The notes under the pieces are model-generated. The model ran no database searches. It was not told the DNA's origin and saw only the letters and a program-made list of their open reading frames with translations. A stretch of DNA of 64,000 nt from Chrysomallon squamiferum (Eukaryota > Animalia > Mollusca), in the NCBI GenBank assembly GCA_012295275.1, contig CM022665.1:42842001-42906000 (forward strand). Direction: 5' to 3'. Each line of letters begins with the position of its first letter. Position 1 is the stretch's first letter. A program made the translations under genes and the position numbers. Positions 40,154 to 54,422 of this stretch are shown piece after piece.

Positions 40154-40559
40154 GAAATTTTTTTTAATTTTTAAATGTTATATATATATATAAATCAGTA
40201 GATAGTGATCAGTGAATCGTGTAATTCAGTATAAACTAAATGCACATTATGACACAACATTAACCTGCAGGTTTTCTTTTATGTTTTGTCGTATTTACAA
40301 TGCTGAGTTACAATGGAGTATTTCGTTAACCAAGAAAGCCCATTGATTTGTTAGAAGCCATTTTTGTTTATAAATAGAAGCAATTATGGTTAATACAGAG
40401 GAAATAAGTAAACTTCCTTGTGTATATTTTATGTTAGAGAGAGAGAAAAAATGTGTGTGTGTGTGTTCTATGTATATGTGTGTATGTGTATGTGTCTCTT
40501 GTGTGAATGTGTGTGAGTTGTGTTTATATGGATTATATGTATGTGTTGTATCTGTGTGT

Positions 40560-40599
<40 letters not shown>

Positions 40600-41254
40600 T
40601 GGCAACCTATGTATATGTGGATGTCTGTTCATAATGGCGTATGTGTATGTATGTCTGCATGTGTGAATTTCAAAAATATAGTAATTCAGTTCAAAACAGT
40701 AATTAACTGGAGGTTTACTTTTCAAACTCATGTTTTAAAAGCAATGGTGTGGTCTATCCTTACAAACACATACAAACCACCACTTACTTTTAACAGGTAA
40801 GATCAGACCATCGACTCTTTCATAACATGATCATCATCATCACATAAAACCTAAGCATTAACATCCAACCACTGCTGACATTTCACTTCATTATAGGCCA
40901 ACATGAGTCACCCCCATCACAAAAATGTACATGCATGCCTATCAGGGACCCAAAACTTCATGGGAGGAAAGTTTTTGTCCTAGCAATATTTTACTTGTGT
41001 CTTTATATGGAATGAACTAACACTCAAGGTTAAAGGTGGTGTTTGTTGTGACAAACAGTGTAGCAGTGACTCCAGGCTACAGATTTATCAGTGATAATCT
41101 TTATGACTAACTGGATAAACAGCTAACTTTGTGGTCAACATTCTTCTTTTGTTATTTACACTGCGATGTATTTAAATCAGGTTAACTGTATTTTGTACAG
41201 TTACTTGTGTATAAAGACATTTATATTACATAATCGTTGATTTTTTTTTTTGTA

Positions 41255-41580
41255 TGTATTTATTATCCAAAGTACAAAGACATTTAAATTATACTACCTA
41301 TAATTTTCATGTGTGTTTGCTATCCAAAGTATAAAGACAGTTAAATTGTACCATCTATAATTTTTGTGTGCATTTACAATCTAAAGCTTAAATACTTTTA
41401 AAAATTACTATCTATAATTTTTCTATTTATTTACTATCCAAAGTATAAAGACATTTAAATTATAATATCTATAATTTTCATGTGTGTTTTTCATGTGTGT
41501 TTACAGTCCAAAGCATCAAGACATTTAAATTATGCTATCTATAATGTTCATATATATTTACTATCCAAACTATTAAATCA
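41255..41580. repeat. ~57-bp degenerate tandem repeat, about 6 copies
   Basis: tatccaaagtataaagacatttaaattata...tataattttc recurs at ~41264, 41321, 41378, 41435, 41505 and 41562; decayed copy near 44770-44870. Confidence 0.85.
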
Positions 41581-41739
41581 TTTTATATTAATAGATGATT
41601 CCATATTTTGTAACAGCTTTTAATTCTGATTACAGACACTGTTATGTCTAATCAAAGCTAGACAGTGCAATGTATTTAAAATACCAATGATTTTTTTAAA
41701 GCTTTTATTCCACTTTAAAGCTGTTATTTAATCCAAAAT

Positions 41740-42273
41740 CTTATCTTGTAACCATTCCTTAAATAATAAACATGTTATTTTTATTTTTATATAAAAGTAT
41801 TATTTTGTAACCATTACAATAAAAGTTGTATTATTTATTTCAGAGCTTATTTTGTAACGTATAAATGTTGTATCTTTGGTACCTTAATTTGTAACTATTT
41901 AATTGTATTGTTGTAATTTATTTAACAGCTTATTTTGTAACATTGTGTATTTCCTGTATTATTTTGTAACCAGGAAAATAAAAATAAAAATGTATCAATT
42001 CGATAGCTTAAAATTTTAGATCTTAATTAAACATGTTCTCAATTTCGATAGCTTATTTTGTAACGAATGTTATTTTAGATCTTATTTTGTAAGTATAAAC
42101 ATGTTCTTTATTTCATATCTTGTTTTGTAACCATCATAATCAAAACAGCAATATATTATTTATTCCTTAGCTTATTTTGTAAGTATAAACATGTTCTTTA
42201 TTTCATATTTTGTTTTGTAACCATCATAATTAAAACAGCAATATATTATTTATTCCTTAGCTTATTTTGTAAG
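41740..42273. repeat. Degenerate cttattttgtaac array ending in a near-perfect 90-bp tandem duplication
   Basis: 42081-42170 and 42171-42260 differ at about 2 positions. Confidence 0.85.
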
Positions 42274-42847
42274 CACAGCATTATTTACTTCATTACTTCT
42301 GCCGACTCCAATAGGTCTGAATGGGGGAACTGGTTATGAATACAATAGCTGTATGGAACATTACAGATGCTATATCAGTTCTGCTTTACAGAGAGATGAA
42401 TTTCATTACAGCTGTGAGAAACTTAAGGCCACACATATATGATGGATTCGTTTTTCAAAGCCCAGATCAATAAGAGGTCCAGCATGGGCTCACAAATAAA
42501 ATATGTTTCATTATCACATGTTGGCCTTGAATGGGCCAATGGATAAAATAAGTGTCATTGCTACATGTAGTCTTTGATTGGGGTAATATTTTCCAAAACC
42601 AGATAGGTTAGGTTCCTTTTGGGCTAAAAAAGATTTTCTCCTTATTAGATATTGACACTGAGGTAATAATATAAATTATACATCTACTAATGAAATACAT
42701 TTTAGAATTATACATCAATTGTTGACACTATTCATAATCAGTTTTACATATTTATGTATATGTCATTTTTATATAGTTATTATAGTTTTTTGATCAAGTT
42801 GTTGAGAAAATCCAATAGAGACCTTTATAAAGACAAAATATCATATG

Positions 42848-42898
<51 letters not shown>

Positions 42899-42986
42899 TA
42901 TTATTGTTATTATCATTTCTTTTTTTCAGAATGCTATGTGCCAATTATGAGAAAATTAATATAAAAATGCAGGAAAATCAGCCTTA

Positions 42987-43375
42987 TGAATAATTTTCAG
43001 AAACTTTGGTAAGTACTGTCATATATAAAAGAATAAAGAATATTTGAATATTCCTTTTTTGTAGTTGGTACACTTATTATTATAATATGGGTTTCTTTTC
43101 TGATACTGAAGAATAAAACCATTTCAATGTCAAAAATATCTCTGTTTCAGTGTTAAAAATATCTTTATTTCAGTTATAAAATATCGTTATTTCAGTGTCA
43201 AAAATATCTCTATTTCAGTGTTAGAAATACCTCTATTTCAGTGTTAAAAATATCCTTATTTCAGTGTTAAAAATCTTTATTTCAGTGTCAAAAATATCTG
43301 TATTTCAGTGTCAAAAATATCAATATTTTTACTAGATAACCCTTGGGGTGAATCAGACATTCTGTTTTAATGTTT

Positions 43376-43413
<38 letters not shown>

Positions 43414-44569
43414 ATTTAGATTCCTTAGAGTCAAAATAACAAGGAGATCACCTGTTATGTTATTAAAATCCTGATTACCTGAGGTAAAATATTTCACATA
43501 ATGCCGGTAGTTCACTCATTCACATTTCCTGTCATTTAACATGTGATTTGTCAGATGTAATAAAACTGTTAAAAATAGCTTCGCCGAAATTTAGCTTTAC
43601 ATTTTTGTTTTTCTACAATACTAATATTAATAATAGCAATAACAATATTTAAAATAATGACAGTAATAATGATAACAATAATAATAAATAATAATTAATA
43701 AAAAATACTATGGAATTTTAATTTGAAAGAAATTTTCAAGAAGTTTTGTAGGAAAGGTCATCATATCATTGCTGAAGAATTCAGAACTGATTGTGATAGC
43801 TAATTTCCTAATTTTACCATTTTGTAACTAAAATTAAGAAAATAGCTTCTATATTATTTCAAAATTCTTTTATTTTGTTTCCAGAGTTTTGATAGCTGCA
43901 TCATCAAGATATATCTATATTTTTTCTTTTACTGGAATAATAATAAGAATTAGTAAATTATGAACAAGAGAATGATGATGATGATGCTGATGCTGCTGCT
44001 GATGATGATAATGATGATGATGTATAGAAAAGAAATATTTCTACACTGAACTGAATGACAGTGTAATTATCCAGTATTCAATGAATGTAAATACATTCCT
44101 TAAATCCACAGTACATAATAGTTGTTTATGACTAACCAAAATCATTTAATTTTTTGAAAACATTAAAACAGTATGTCTATCTAATAGGGTTATCTAGTAA
44201 AAATGCCAATATATTTAACACTGAAATAGAGATATTTTTGACACTGAAAAACAGATCTTTTTTACACTGAAATAGATATATTTTTAACACTGAAATAAAG
44301 ATATTTTTAAAACTGAAATAAAGATATTTTTAAAACTGAAATAGAGATATTAGTAAAACTGAAATAAAGGTATTTTTAACACTGAAATACAGGTATTTTT
44401 AACACTGAAATGGATATTTTTGACACTGAAATGGTTTTCTTCTTCAATATCAGAAAAGAAACCTATATTATAATAATAACTACTGTACTAACTACAAAAA
44501 AGGAATATTCAATTGTTCTTTATTCTTTTATATATGACAACACTTATCAAAGTTTTTGAACATTATTCA
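42987..44569. mobile_element. Foldback-like element: ~360-380 bp inverted arms, each with an internal ~22-bp tandem array
   Basis: 42987-43342 is the diverged reverse complement of 44187-44569; both carry arrays of TATTTCAGTGT(T/C)AAAAATATCT; the ~845 bp spacer is non-coding. Confidence 0.75.
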
Positions 44570-45993
44570 CAAACTGGATTTGAAAATAGTAATATGTCTA
44601 ACAGCACAGACTAATTAAAGTGTAAAGTCAATCAATACGGGTGTAAATAAAAAAAAAAAAAAAAACATTTGTTTACCTCTGCTTTATTTATTAGCTGTGA
44701 CTGTCTTTGGGAATATTAAAGTGTAACAACATTAAACCAACACACTTCCAAGATGCATTTTATAATTAAATGTATTCATGCTATAAGACACATAAATTAT
44801 AAAATCTATGGGGTTTTTTTTTGTGCTTTTAGTACCCAAGGTATAAAGTGATTTAAATTTTAATACCTAGAACATACTGTTCTGTATTCCTCAATTTGCA
44901 TACAACATTTAAGACAAGTATTCCACTTTTAAGACCCATTCTGTGATTTGTTACCTTCATCTTTAATTCATCTCCCTCTGGTACTGAACCAAAGAGCAGT
45001 GTTTTATGAGCTAACGTACTGATTAACATTAAACATGTTCACGTTTCAAACCACACAGATCTCTCTTGTTCTACCAGCGTCATTAATTAAGCACACTGCA
45101 ACAGTATATCATTACTGCTGTGTATAATAATATGCAAACACCCATCCCTTGGCAATACACTCACTAGGTATACTCCTATTTATTTTCCAGTCACTGCTAC
45201 TTCTTTTTGTTTTTTTTTAAAATTATTATTTTTAACCCTTTATAATGAAACTCATTTCTCTTTGAATGCTAACGTGATGATCAGAGGACCCACACACTAT
45301 TTTTTCTGAAATCCAGATCTGCCTTTCCAGTAGTTTTTAATACAGGCTTGGTATGAAGCCACTTTGCCTTTTTCTGAAATTATATATAGATATATATATA
45401 TATCTATATATAAGAGAGCGAGAGAGAGCAAGATACACATACACACAAACACACACGCACACCCACACACACACAAACATCTACTGTATATCACTTGAAA
45501 AGTTCTTTCTGCGATCTTTTATTAAGATCTCTTGGAAAAGAGCAATAAAAATAATAAGTGCAGTTACCTCTTACTCTGTGATTTACAGAACTAGGGGTTA
45601 ATTTGCTCTTTTGTAAGACAATAAATAATTCACATTTGTGTGCTCGTTCCACTGAAACGTGCACCTTAGCAGTTGTAAATTTATTAACATGGGAAGGTGA
45701 ATGTCAGAAGAAAGGATATAATAAATCTACATTAAATGCTCTTAAAAAAGGATTATTCTGCTTTAAAATACAAAGTGTCTTTGTCAGTCTTTTAAATCTG
45801 TGTTCTTGATGTCATGATTAAGCTGGGAAATGTGGGTTGATTAATATGTCTGTTAAGAATATTACTACCAGTCATACTTTATTATTAGCAAAATATTTTG
45901 ATTTCAAAAAAGTTTTTGTAAAAATATTAAAGTAAAATTAATGTCTTTTTTTTATTTTTTCAAAAAAATAACCTGAAAAATAAAGACCAATTA

Positions 45994-46044
<51 letters not shown>

Positions 46045-46569
46045 TTTACGTTTAAATTTCTGTGATTCCATGTTGCACTTTCACTATAGAATACAACTTT
46101 TTACCTAAGGTTGAAGCATGTCTGTCTTTGGCAGACACTCCAGGAAAATTAGGATATGTTAATGTATTAGAGGATTATACAACTTTAGAGTTAGAGCTGA
46201 TTCTAAGCTGTGATCCCAGATCCTGTTATTCACAGAGTCAATAGTTTAACCACTAACCTCAACATGTTTACCATTTTCTAATGAATTATATTTCACTACA
46301 ATTAAAAAAACAGAATCTTAGTCACAGTTAGTGGATTTAGTGGCTGGTTGTTGATGAGACTGGTCAAATATATAAATATATTACACCCTATGTAATAAAC
46401 TAATTTATATACATGTATATAATCAGTTATCAAACATAATTTAAAAAAAAATATATTATGAAGTTGTTGTTGATGTTGTTGCTGATGTCTGTTCGTGTTT
46501 GTGTGTGTGTTTATTTTTTGCACTACACAAGGATACTATTATCAGTTATTTTATTTTCCTCTAACTTAC

Positions 46570-46642
46570 CAGCAATGCCTCTGACATCAAGCTGTTGTAG
46601 TTCATGCTGTTCACCATGACTGCCAACAATGTAGACAAACAT
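46570..46642 (-). CDS. PALS1: Candidate first coding exon of PALS1 (MFVYIVGSHGEQHELQQLDVRGIA)
   Basis: gaaATG at 46642, 73 nt open to a consensus donor CTG|GTAAGT; phase 1 matches the open frame at the start of the 36132 exon and the 32025 exon. Confidence 0.5.
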
Positions 46643-48389
46643 TTCTTTTATATAATATCCAGCACTAATTATGTGTCAACCCACATTGATGACCGTCTGT
46701 GTCCTATATCCCAAATCTTATTTCTGGAATAAAATCTACTTGTGGTTCCAGCCCTTAATACAGTAATTTTATTTCTAACTGTATGAAATCTACTTCATGA
46801 ATATTTTCCATTATATTTTTATATCCAATTAACAGTTCATGTTATTCCAATTCAAGACTCCTACATCCACTGAATTTTTAAGTCCACTTTGGTTAAGTTC
46901 AGACCTATGGAACTACACATTTCTATAATAGTAAAATGAATTACTCAAGTATACATATGCACTAGTGCACAATTCTTATGTCCAGCCTTTAGTCCACTTT
47001 TCTTAGGAAGATATCCTTATGTTAACCATTCCGAAGGAAAAAAACAACAAAATTGTCTATGATGATGTCCAGTCCTATGTCCACCTCTGTTTGTGTTGTC
47101 CAGCCAGATGGATAAAGTCCAAGAATAAGAATAAAGCAGACAACAACAGTATTATTACATGATAGTCAGGCCACATGTACAGTGGGTGATGAATGTAAAA
47201 TGATCAAAGTTTACTTCCAAGGTTAGACTGTGCCAGTGTCTATTAATACAAGTTAGTCAGTGGAAACTCTATATGTTGGATTAAACAGGCTGATAAGACA
47301 TATTCCACTTGTTAACAAGCAATCAGTGTATCCATCAGAGCTGAGTGGAGAGTGTAACTGTATTCCACCGTAATTTTCAACTGCTAATTGGTTATCAACC
47401 TAAAAATGATTCCACAGTAAGCACCACCAGGTACAAAGTATCAGAACAAAATTAGGATGGAAATTAAAGGTCTAATTATTATTTAGAAACACAATTTTTT
47501 TTAAATAGGTTTATGCTGGACTGCTATTTTTATATCTAACAAGCCAATGTCATATTTTATTTTTAAAATGGTTTTTTCTTTTTGCTAACAAGTTTATTTG
47601 TCCATGCAATATTTTAGTACTTCATTGTATTTATTTCCTATATTATACTTGTGAAAATGTATAATATATAAATGATATGATATAATTACAAAATTTTAAT
47701 ATTTTTCCCATATTACAATAACAGTTCTGTGATGTTATAATTTAAAAATGTTATAATTTAAAAATTTAACACGATAAAAATCAATATTTAAAAATTTATT
47801 ATATAATTTATATTCCTAGTACTTGTATTTGAAAAAGAAATCATGTCTTTACTAAGATACTCTGTTGAATTTAAATTTATAATGTCAATGCTGTATTACA
47901 TTTTAGAAAAAATTCAAGTACTTCTGTACAATCAATATTAAATATATATATTCTGTGGGATTACTATTACCTTAGAACTGAATACCTCTATTCAACAGAA
48001 CAGAAGAAAAAAACTAACAAAAAAAGTTTCTTTATCGCTAGCTACATGTGACATTTTAAACCATATAAATTAAAATTCTTCTTTTTAAATAAGTAAATTA
48101 AACTTTCAGCCACCATTCTTAAAGGTTACAAAACAATCTAAATCTCTTTTTCCCCACACCTGAAACCAGCAGCATTATAAAATATATTAAAAACATGCCA
48201 CAGAGTTAAAATTAGAAATCTGTTTTCACTGATGAATGGACATTTCCAATCAATAGTTCTACACTGATTGACAAATATCGATTTTTTTTTTTTTTTTTTT
48301 TTTTTACAAAAAACAAAATCTTCCTTAATCTTCTGCATGGCAAATGCCATCACCAAAACCAAATAGAATTACAAGATCTAGTTTCACAA

Positions 48390-49220
48390 AACGAATTTAA
48401 TTTTCACAACAAAATTCCTGCAAGGTCAAAACAGATGCGAAATTCCTGCATGGATAAAGTGTTTTTAAAATCCATACAGTTAAAATAGTTTTAAAATTTC
48501 TACTAACACTCAAAGCTGTTCCAAAATTCCTTGTGGCAAGAACAGTTTAAAATTCTTAGACTGCCAAAATAAATTATAAAATTGTTATGTGAAAGAACAG
48601 TTTAAAATGTTCCTATATATTCCTTCAAACAGTTCCAAAATTCCTGCATGACCAGAAATGTAAATGATTAAACTTTAAATTAAAAATTATCCAACTATTA
48701 CCTTTAAATTAAAAAATATCTAAATGGTTTAACTTTAATTTAAAAGAGTGTCTTAATTTATAATCTTTCAATTTCTTTTAATTAAAAGTCGGCCTAAAAT
48801 TATATCTTTCAACATTTCTTTAAATTAAAGGTAAACTTTAATTAATATTATCTTTAATTTTTGTATGTTATTAAATTTTCAACTTTTTCGATAAATTAAA
48901 TATGAACCTTAATTTACAACCTTTCTAGTTTTCCTTGTATTATAAAAGAACCTTCACTTATTATCATTCAGCTTTTTAAAGTAAATGTAAGCCAAAATTT
49001 AAAATCTTTAAAATGTATTCTCAAATTATAATAAACCTTAATTTCCAATCCTTAATGTTTTCTTAAATCAAAGATCTCCCTTAAATTATTAATCATTCAA
49101 CATTTCCTTAAATTAATAAATAAACTTCATTAATAATCTTTCAACTTCTTTAAAGAAAAAAAAACAAAAACAGCTGAATTATTAATTTTTAATCCTCATC
49201 TGAAATTTAGAGTGAACCTT
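48390..49220. repeat. Two adjacent, highly decayed short-period satellites
   Basis: aaattcctgca/acagtttaaaa units (48390-48650), then aaccttaattt...ctttcaa...ttaaatta units (48670-49220). Confidence 0.55.
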
Positions 49221-49688
49221 GGTCCCTAATCTTTGCCATCATTTATCTTAATTGCAATATCCTTCTGAATCAGCAACAACAACATTTCTTGTAAGAAAAT
49301 ATTTTACCTGCCCACAAGAACAATGAAGTATCAATTTCAGGGCTGAAGACAAAGCCTGTACCACTGGCTATGAATAAATGTGTGAATCAGAGAACATCAA
49401 TTATGCCTGAATGTCAAGACATGTCGGAAATTCCAAGTTAAAGCATCAGCTCTATGTGTCAGATGGTGTGGGCAATAAAAAAAAAAAAAAAGATCAGGTC
49501 AGAATGATGAGGTCAGAATCAACAGGTCAAAAGATCTTGCCTCGTGAATATTTCATTAAGAAAATAACCAATTATTCAGAAAAGTGAAGGTGTTTATTTG
49601 TTTATTTATTTATTTATTTATTTATTAATTGTTATTTTTATTATTAAATCTACTAAAATATTGCTTTTGTTTCAATTGATATCAAAAA

Positions 49689-49732
<44 letters not shown>

Positions 49733-50479
49733 ATCTACTAAAATATGGCTTTTGTTTCAACTGATATCAAAAATTATTATTATTATTATTATTTCAACTG
49801 ATAAATCAAAAATCATTATTATTATTATTTTTATTATTATTATTATTATTATTCAACTGATATTAAAAATGTTTTAACAAAGTCACAGTACAAGCCAAAT
49901 GTTTGGATGTAAATGACATTCCCACTGGGTCTAGCTGACATTACCTATGTCTAGTATTCAGTAAATGTAAACAAATTCCTTATCTCCTGTAAATATTATT
50001 TTATAATAACCATACAGTGTATTTTTTATAATAACAATAAAATATATAAAATATTCTAACGTCAAAGTCATCCAGCTATTTTAGGTACCTTTAGCCATTT
50101 TGATGCATCTGATTTTAAATATTTTTGAAAAATGAACTATAATCCAAGAATCAAGGCACCAGAGTAAGTTTTTAATTCATGTACATTGGCATTATCTAAA
50201 TTAAATTAAAAGCATATATATTTCGTTTTAGTGACTGGATACAATATGTGTATAAAAACTATATTAAAAAACCATAAATTATAAAACCAACCTTCTTAGT
50301 CCTAGTATACACAATCCTTGAAAATTATATGAAAACAAATGTGCCAGTTTCTTCTAGGTTTGTAAATATGATCACAGAAATATGACAGTTCCCTAACTAT
50401 AAATCAAAGAATTACTGGTACCTATGGAAATATTCTGATAGAATAATGCTAATATTAACAGATTCACAAAATGCAGAAA

Positions 50480-50850
50480 TAAACGAAAACCTCACAGATT
50501 TGCAAATTTCAACACTGCAGAATTGACACCATCTTTGTCAGCCACAGAATTATATTTAATTCTCAATCCTTGCAAAAAATAAGAAATGTATTTATAAAAA
50601 AACTGCCAATCTATATACAGGTTTTTCGCAGAATTATTCCAAATCCTTGTAGATTTGCAAACTATATTTGCACTGAATTAAGTCAAATCCGTGCAAGTTA
50701 GCAAACCATACCAACACAAAATCATGCCAAATCCTTATGGATTTGGAAACTTGTATACATTCCCAATTATCCCAAATCGTGGTAAATTTGCTAATATACT
50801 CAACAATACCTAATCCTTTGAGGTTTCAAAAGTATAAACATGCAGATCTG
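50480..50850. repeat. Decayed ~47-bp tandem repeat
   Basis: Recurrent caaatcc(t/g)tg...gatttgcaaa...cagaatt. Confidence 0.6.
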
Positions 50851-52245
50851 TGTGAAAGTGTTATGAACCTGACACTCCACGGGAAAAATTGCTGCAGGAG
50901 TTTGAAAATAGCAGATAATAATAATGATAATAATAAGCTGGAGGCCAAGCAATATCCTCTCCAGCCAGCAAGACAACAAGTGAAGATTAAGTGTGAAAAC
51001 GACAGGGAAATATTCATTGTTAATCTCTGCTTCTGTCACTCTGCCAGTATGCTACATTATAAACCACTGTCCTCAGGCTTTGTCTTAATAAATGCTGCTG
51101 AAAAGTTGTTATTAATATGGCTGTATTATGTTAGTGTGGCTGCATGGGTGGCCAGACCATGGCTTGTCAGCCACATCCCTTGCAGCATCCCTTTTTCACA
51201 TTTAATGTGCAGCTTATGTAATCATGTTAGCAGAATTCCATTTTTTTATTAGACAAAAGATAAAAAGGTAAATTGAAAACTTCTGATAGTAACTTCATTT
51301 TCAGCAATCATAGTTTTTGTTAATGAAATGAAAATTTGCATATTCTACACTAACAAGATTTTAGACATATTTTATCTAATTTTTCACACACACACACACA
51401 CACACAGAAATAGAGATAACTGTAAAAATAAAATTCTAAAAAATGTTGTTGGCACTGTAGCTCATAAAACAACATTTTACTATTCTTAATTAGTTTGACC
51501 ATATGCTGACATTTATTTTCATTTTTCTAATTATTTTCATTTTAACCTGATCAAACATCATTAACATTGAAATTCTTCTTTTATCTGCATGGATGTTTGC
51601 ATAATCCTTTAAGGATTAGGTTCCAAGGTGTAATATAATTTGAAGTCAGAGGTGAAAGGTCAAGGGTCAAGGTTCACCATCTCAGCAATAAGAATGGGAC
51701 TAAATGATATGGCAGAATGTCGACCATTTTGAATGTTCTTTCAAAATCAAACAGTGTCAAGTACATTGTCAGTCCAGTATATATAATATACAAGTCTGGT
51801 TTGTTTGTCTGAGACACTGTTAGTGTTAGTGTGTTAGTGTGTTAGACAGAAGAGATGGTGGTGCAAAACATTTTTCAGAATCAGCTCTTCCTGAAGGTGG
51901 ACAACAATTTCCTTATGAGACATTCCAAATTTACTTTAAAATACAATATCATCATAAATAATAATAATCATAGTAGTATTAGCAGTTGTAGTAGTAGTTG
52001 TTGTAGAGGTAACAGTAGTAGAGACAGTAGAAACAGTAGCAAATAAACACATTTGTATGAATATGCATGCTAATCTATAGGTGTATTTCCATGTATTGTG
52101 TATTGTGCATGTATTGTTACATACAAATTATCTACCTGTTTATCTTTAATAATCTTTTAAAGGATTTAGGAGATTATGATATCTCAGAATCAGTTAATCC
52201 TCTTACACGTTAGCATTTATTACAGTACAAGTACATAATACATCA

Positions 52246-52990
52246 ATAACATTTTCAAATCTAAATATATTCTTATTACCTCCCTAACCAACATCTAACA
52301 ACCAAACTGAACTCCATGTCACTACTCTGATCACTACATTACAACCATATCAAAGAAAAGAAAAACATTTCAACTAAACAGTTATTATAATACAAATATA
52401 CCAAATATATAAATATATAACGTTTATGCCGAAATATATTCTTATAGCTATTATGTCCTTAGCCAGTATCTATTTTATCCAAAGTGTTCACTCTGATCAA
52501 AACACTACATCCCTATCAAAGAGAAATATAACCTTTTTTTAAATTAAAATACAAGTACCAAATTTTTCAGATCTAAATATATTCTTATATAAACAGAAAT
52601 ATACTGACATTTTTCAAACTTGATATATTTTTATAGTTATTACATCCTTAGCCAAACTCTAATAAAACTACACCCCATGTCACCACTGCATTCCTATCAA
52701 AGAGAAATAAAATATTTCTTATTATTGCAATACCAAATATACTGACAATATTTTTCAAACTTAAATGTATTCTTAACAGAACTGTGAACTAAACTATGCC
52801 CCATGCCATCACTGCCTTCCTATCAAAGAGACACATAACCTTTTCTTTATTACAAAACAAACACCAAATACACTGATAACATTTTTCAAACTTAAATATA
52901 TTCTTACAGTTATTACAGCATCTAACAACAAAAGTAAACCCCTAACCACCACCCTCATCAAAACACTAGAGCGACATCAAAGAGGAACAA
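52246..52990. repeat. Degenerate long-period (~130-190 bp) tandem repeat, about 5 copies
   Basis: Recurrent ttttcaaac/atctaaatatattctta and cactacat(t)cctatcaaagagaaa blocks. Confidence 0.7.
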
Positions 52991-54389
52991 AACAAGCCAG
53001 ATCATTAACAGTATCTGCAATTGTCCTGTGAAATGAGGAATGCAAGAATTTACAACAGGCCTTTGTCAACAAACAGTGTGAAGGAAAATCTACAGCTTTC
53101 AGCTTCGTCTACTTTGCAAAAGCAGATCTTGTCAATATTTCTCAGCCGCTTATGAAGAACACCTCTGCACTTTTTAAGGCTTAAGTTTCCATTTTTAGTT
53201 TAGCCAACCAGTTTTAAAACATGACTTGAATCTATGCTAAGTATTTAGAGAAAGTTAGAAAGAGATATTTACAAATGTAAGAGAAAATATATAAACAAAT
53301 AAATAAAAAGGTTGAAAAAGAATGTTAAAAAAAAATAATGATATTCATATTTGTCTGTATGTACATACATCTTTTGGCTAAATGAAATTCCTGAAGTATT
53401 TTTGAACTGTGATATTTGACATCTTGGGTGTTATATTATATCAGGACTTTTATTATAATCCCAAAGTCAATAAAACACTTTCTATTTTGAACAGGACTTA
53501 CTTTTCAAATTAAAAAACCATTACAACGTCAGATAATAAATTTATCATTTATTCTTTACTACCAAATAAATCTCTGCTACACTAAATACTTTATCCTTCA
53601 TTAAATATTTTATTATTATTAATCCCAGCCTTACCTTTTATTTAATGATGAAATCATTTATCTTACACTGAAACCTTTATTAAACCTGACATATAGGCAA
53701 TATTGGTATTAGAAATAATGTTTTATTCAGTTCATGAATCTAATTATGTGATTTAAATACCAAGTTATTCCTCTAGGACACTTTGACCGCAAACGATGGT
53801 GGAAAAATTATTTTATTTTTATATTATATATATATATATATATATACCTATATATACATATTAGTCTTTATTTAATGTGTGTTGTATTCTTAAAGTAATC
53901 TATATATCTATTTTATTTTATTTTATTTTATTTTATTTTAAAGGAAAATTTTTCCCTTGTTATTGTTCTTTTCTGGAATATGCAAACAATCTTACAGCTC
54001 CCAAGGTGAAATGTGATGCAATACTAAACATATTCAACCTGTAACTTAATCAACGTATTTCATAACATTTTAAAGAAGCCAAAACTCTTACAACTGCACT
54101 CTTTAGCTCTTAATTTGAAGTATTTACCAGTCATCATAAAGTTGCCTTTTCATGCCTGAATAGCTGCAAATAAAATGGTAACAATACTGCAACAATCTGG
54201 GACACTCAAAGTAAAATAAATAAATGTCAAAATATTACACCTGACTGATCACCGACAAACGAATACCTGTCAGGTAAATGGCAACACCAGCTGGGTGTGT
54301 CAGTGGTTGAAGCTGTACAGGTAGCTTTCATATTCATACCTCTAAAATGACCTCAGGATCATTCTTAACTGATCTGATTGATGAGTTCA

Positions 54390-54422
<33 letters not shown>

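Noticed and set aside
50737-51252. 171-aa plus-strand ORF
   Set aside because: Starts in a decayed tandem repeat, includes an (AAT)n tract, and shows no recognisable domain or exon boundaries
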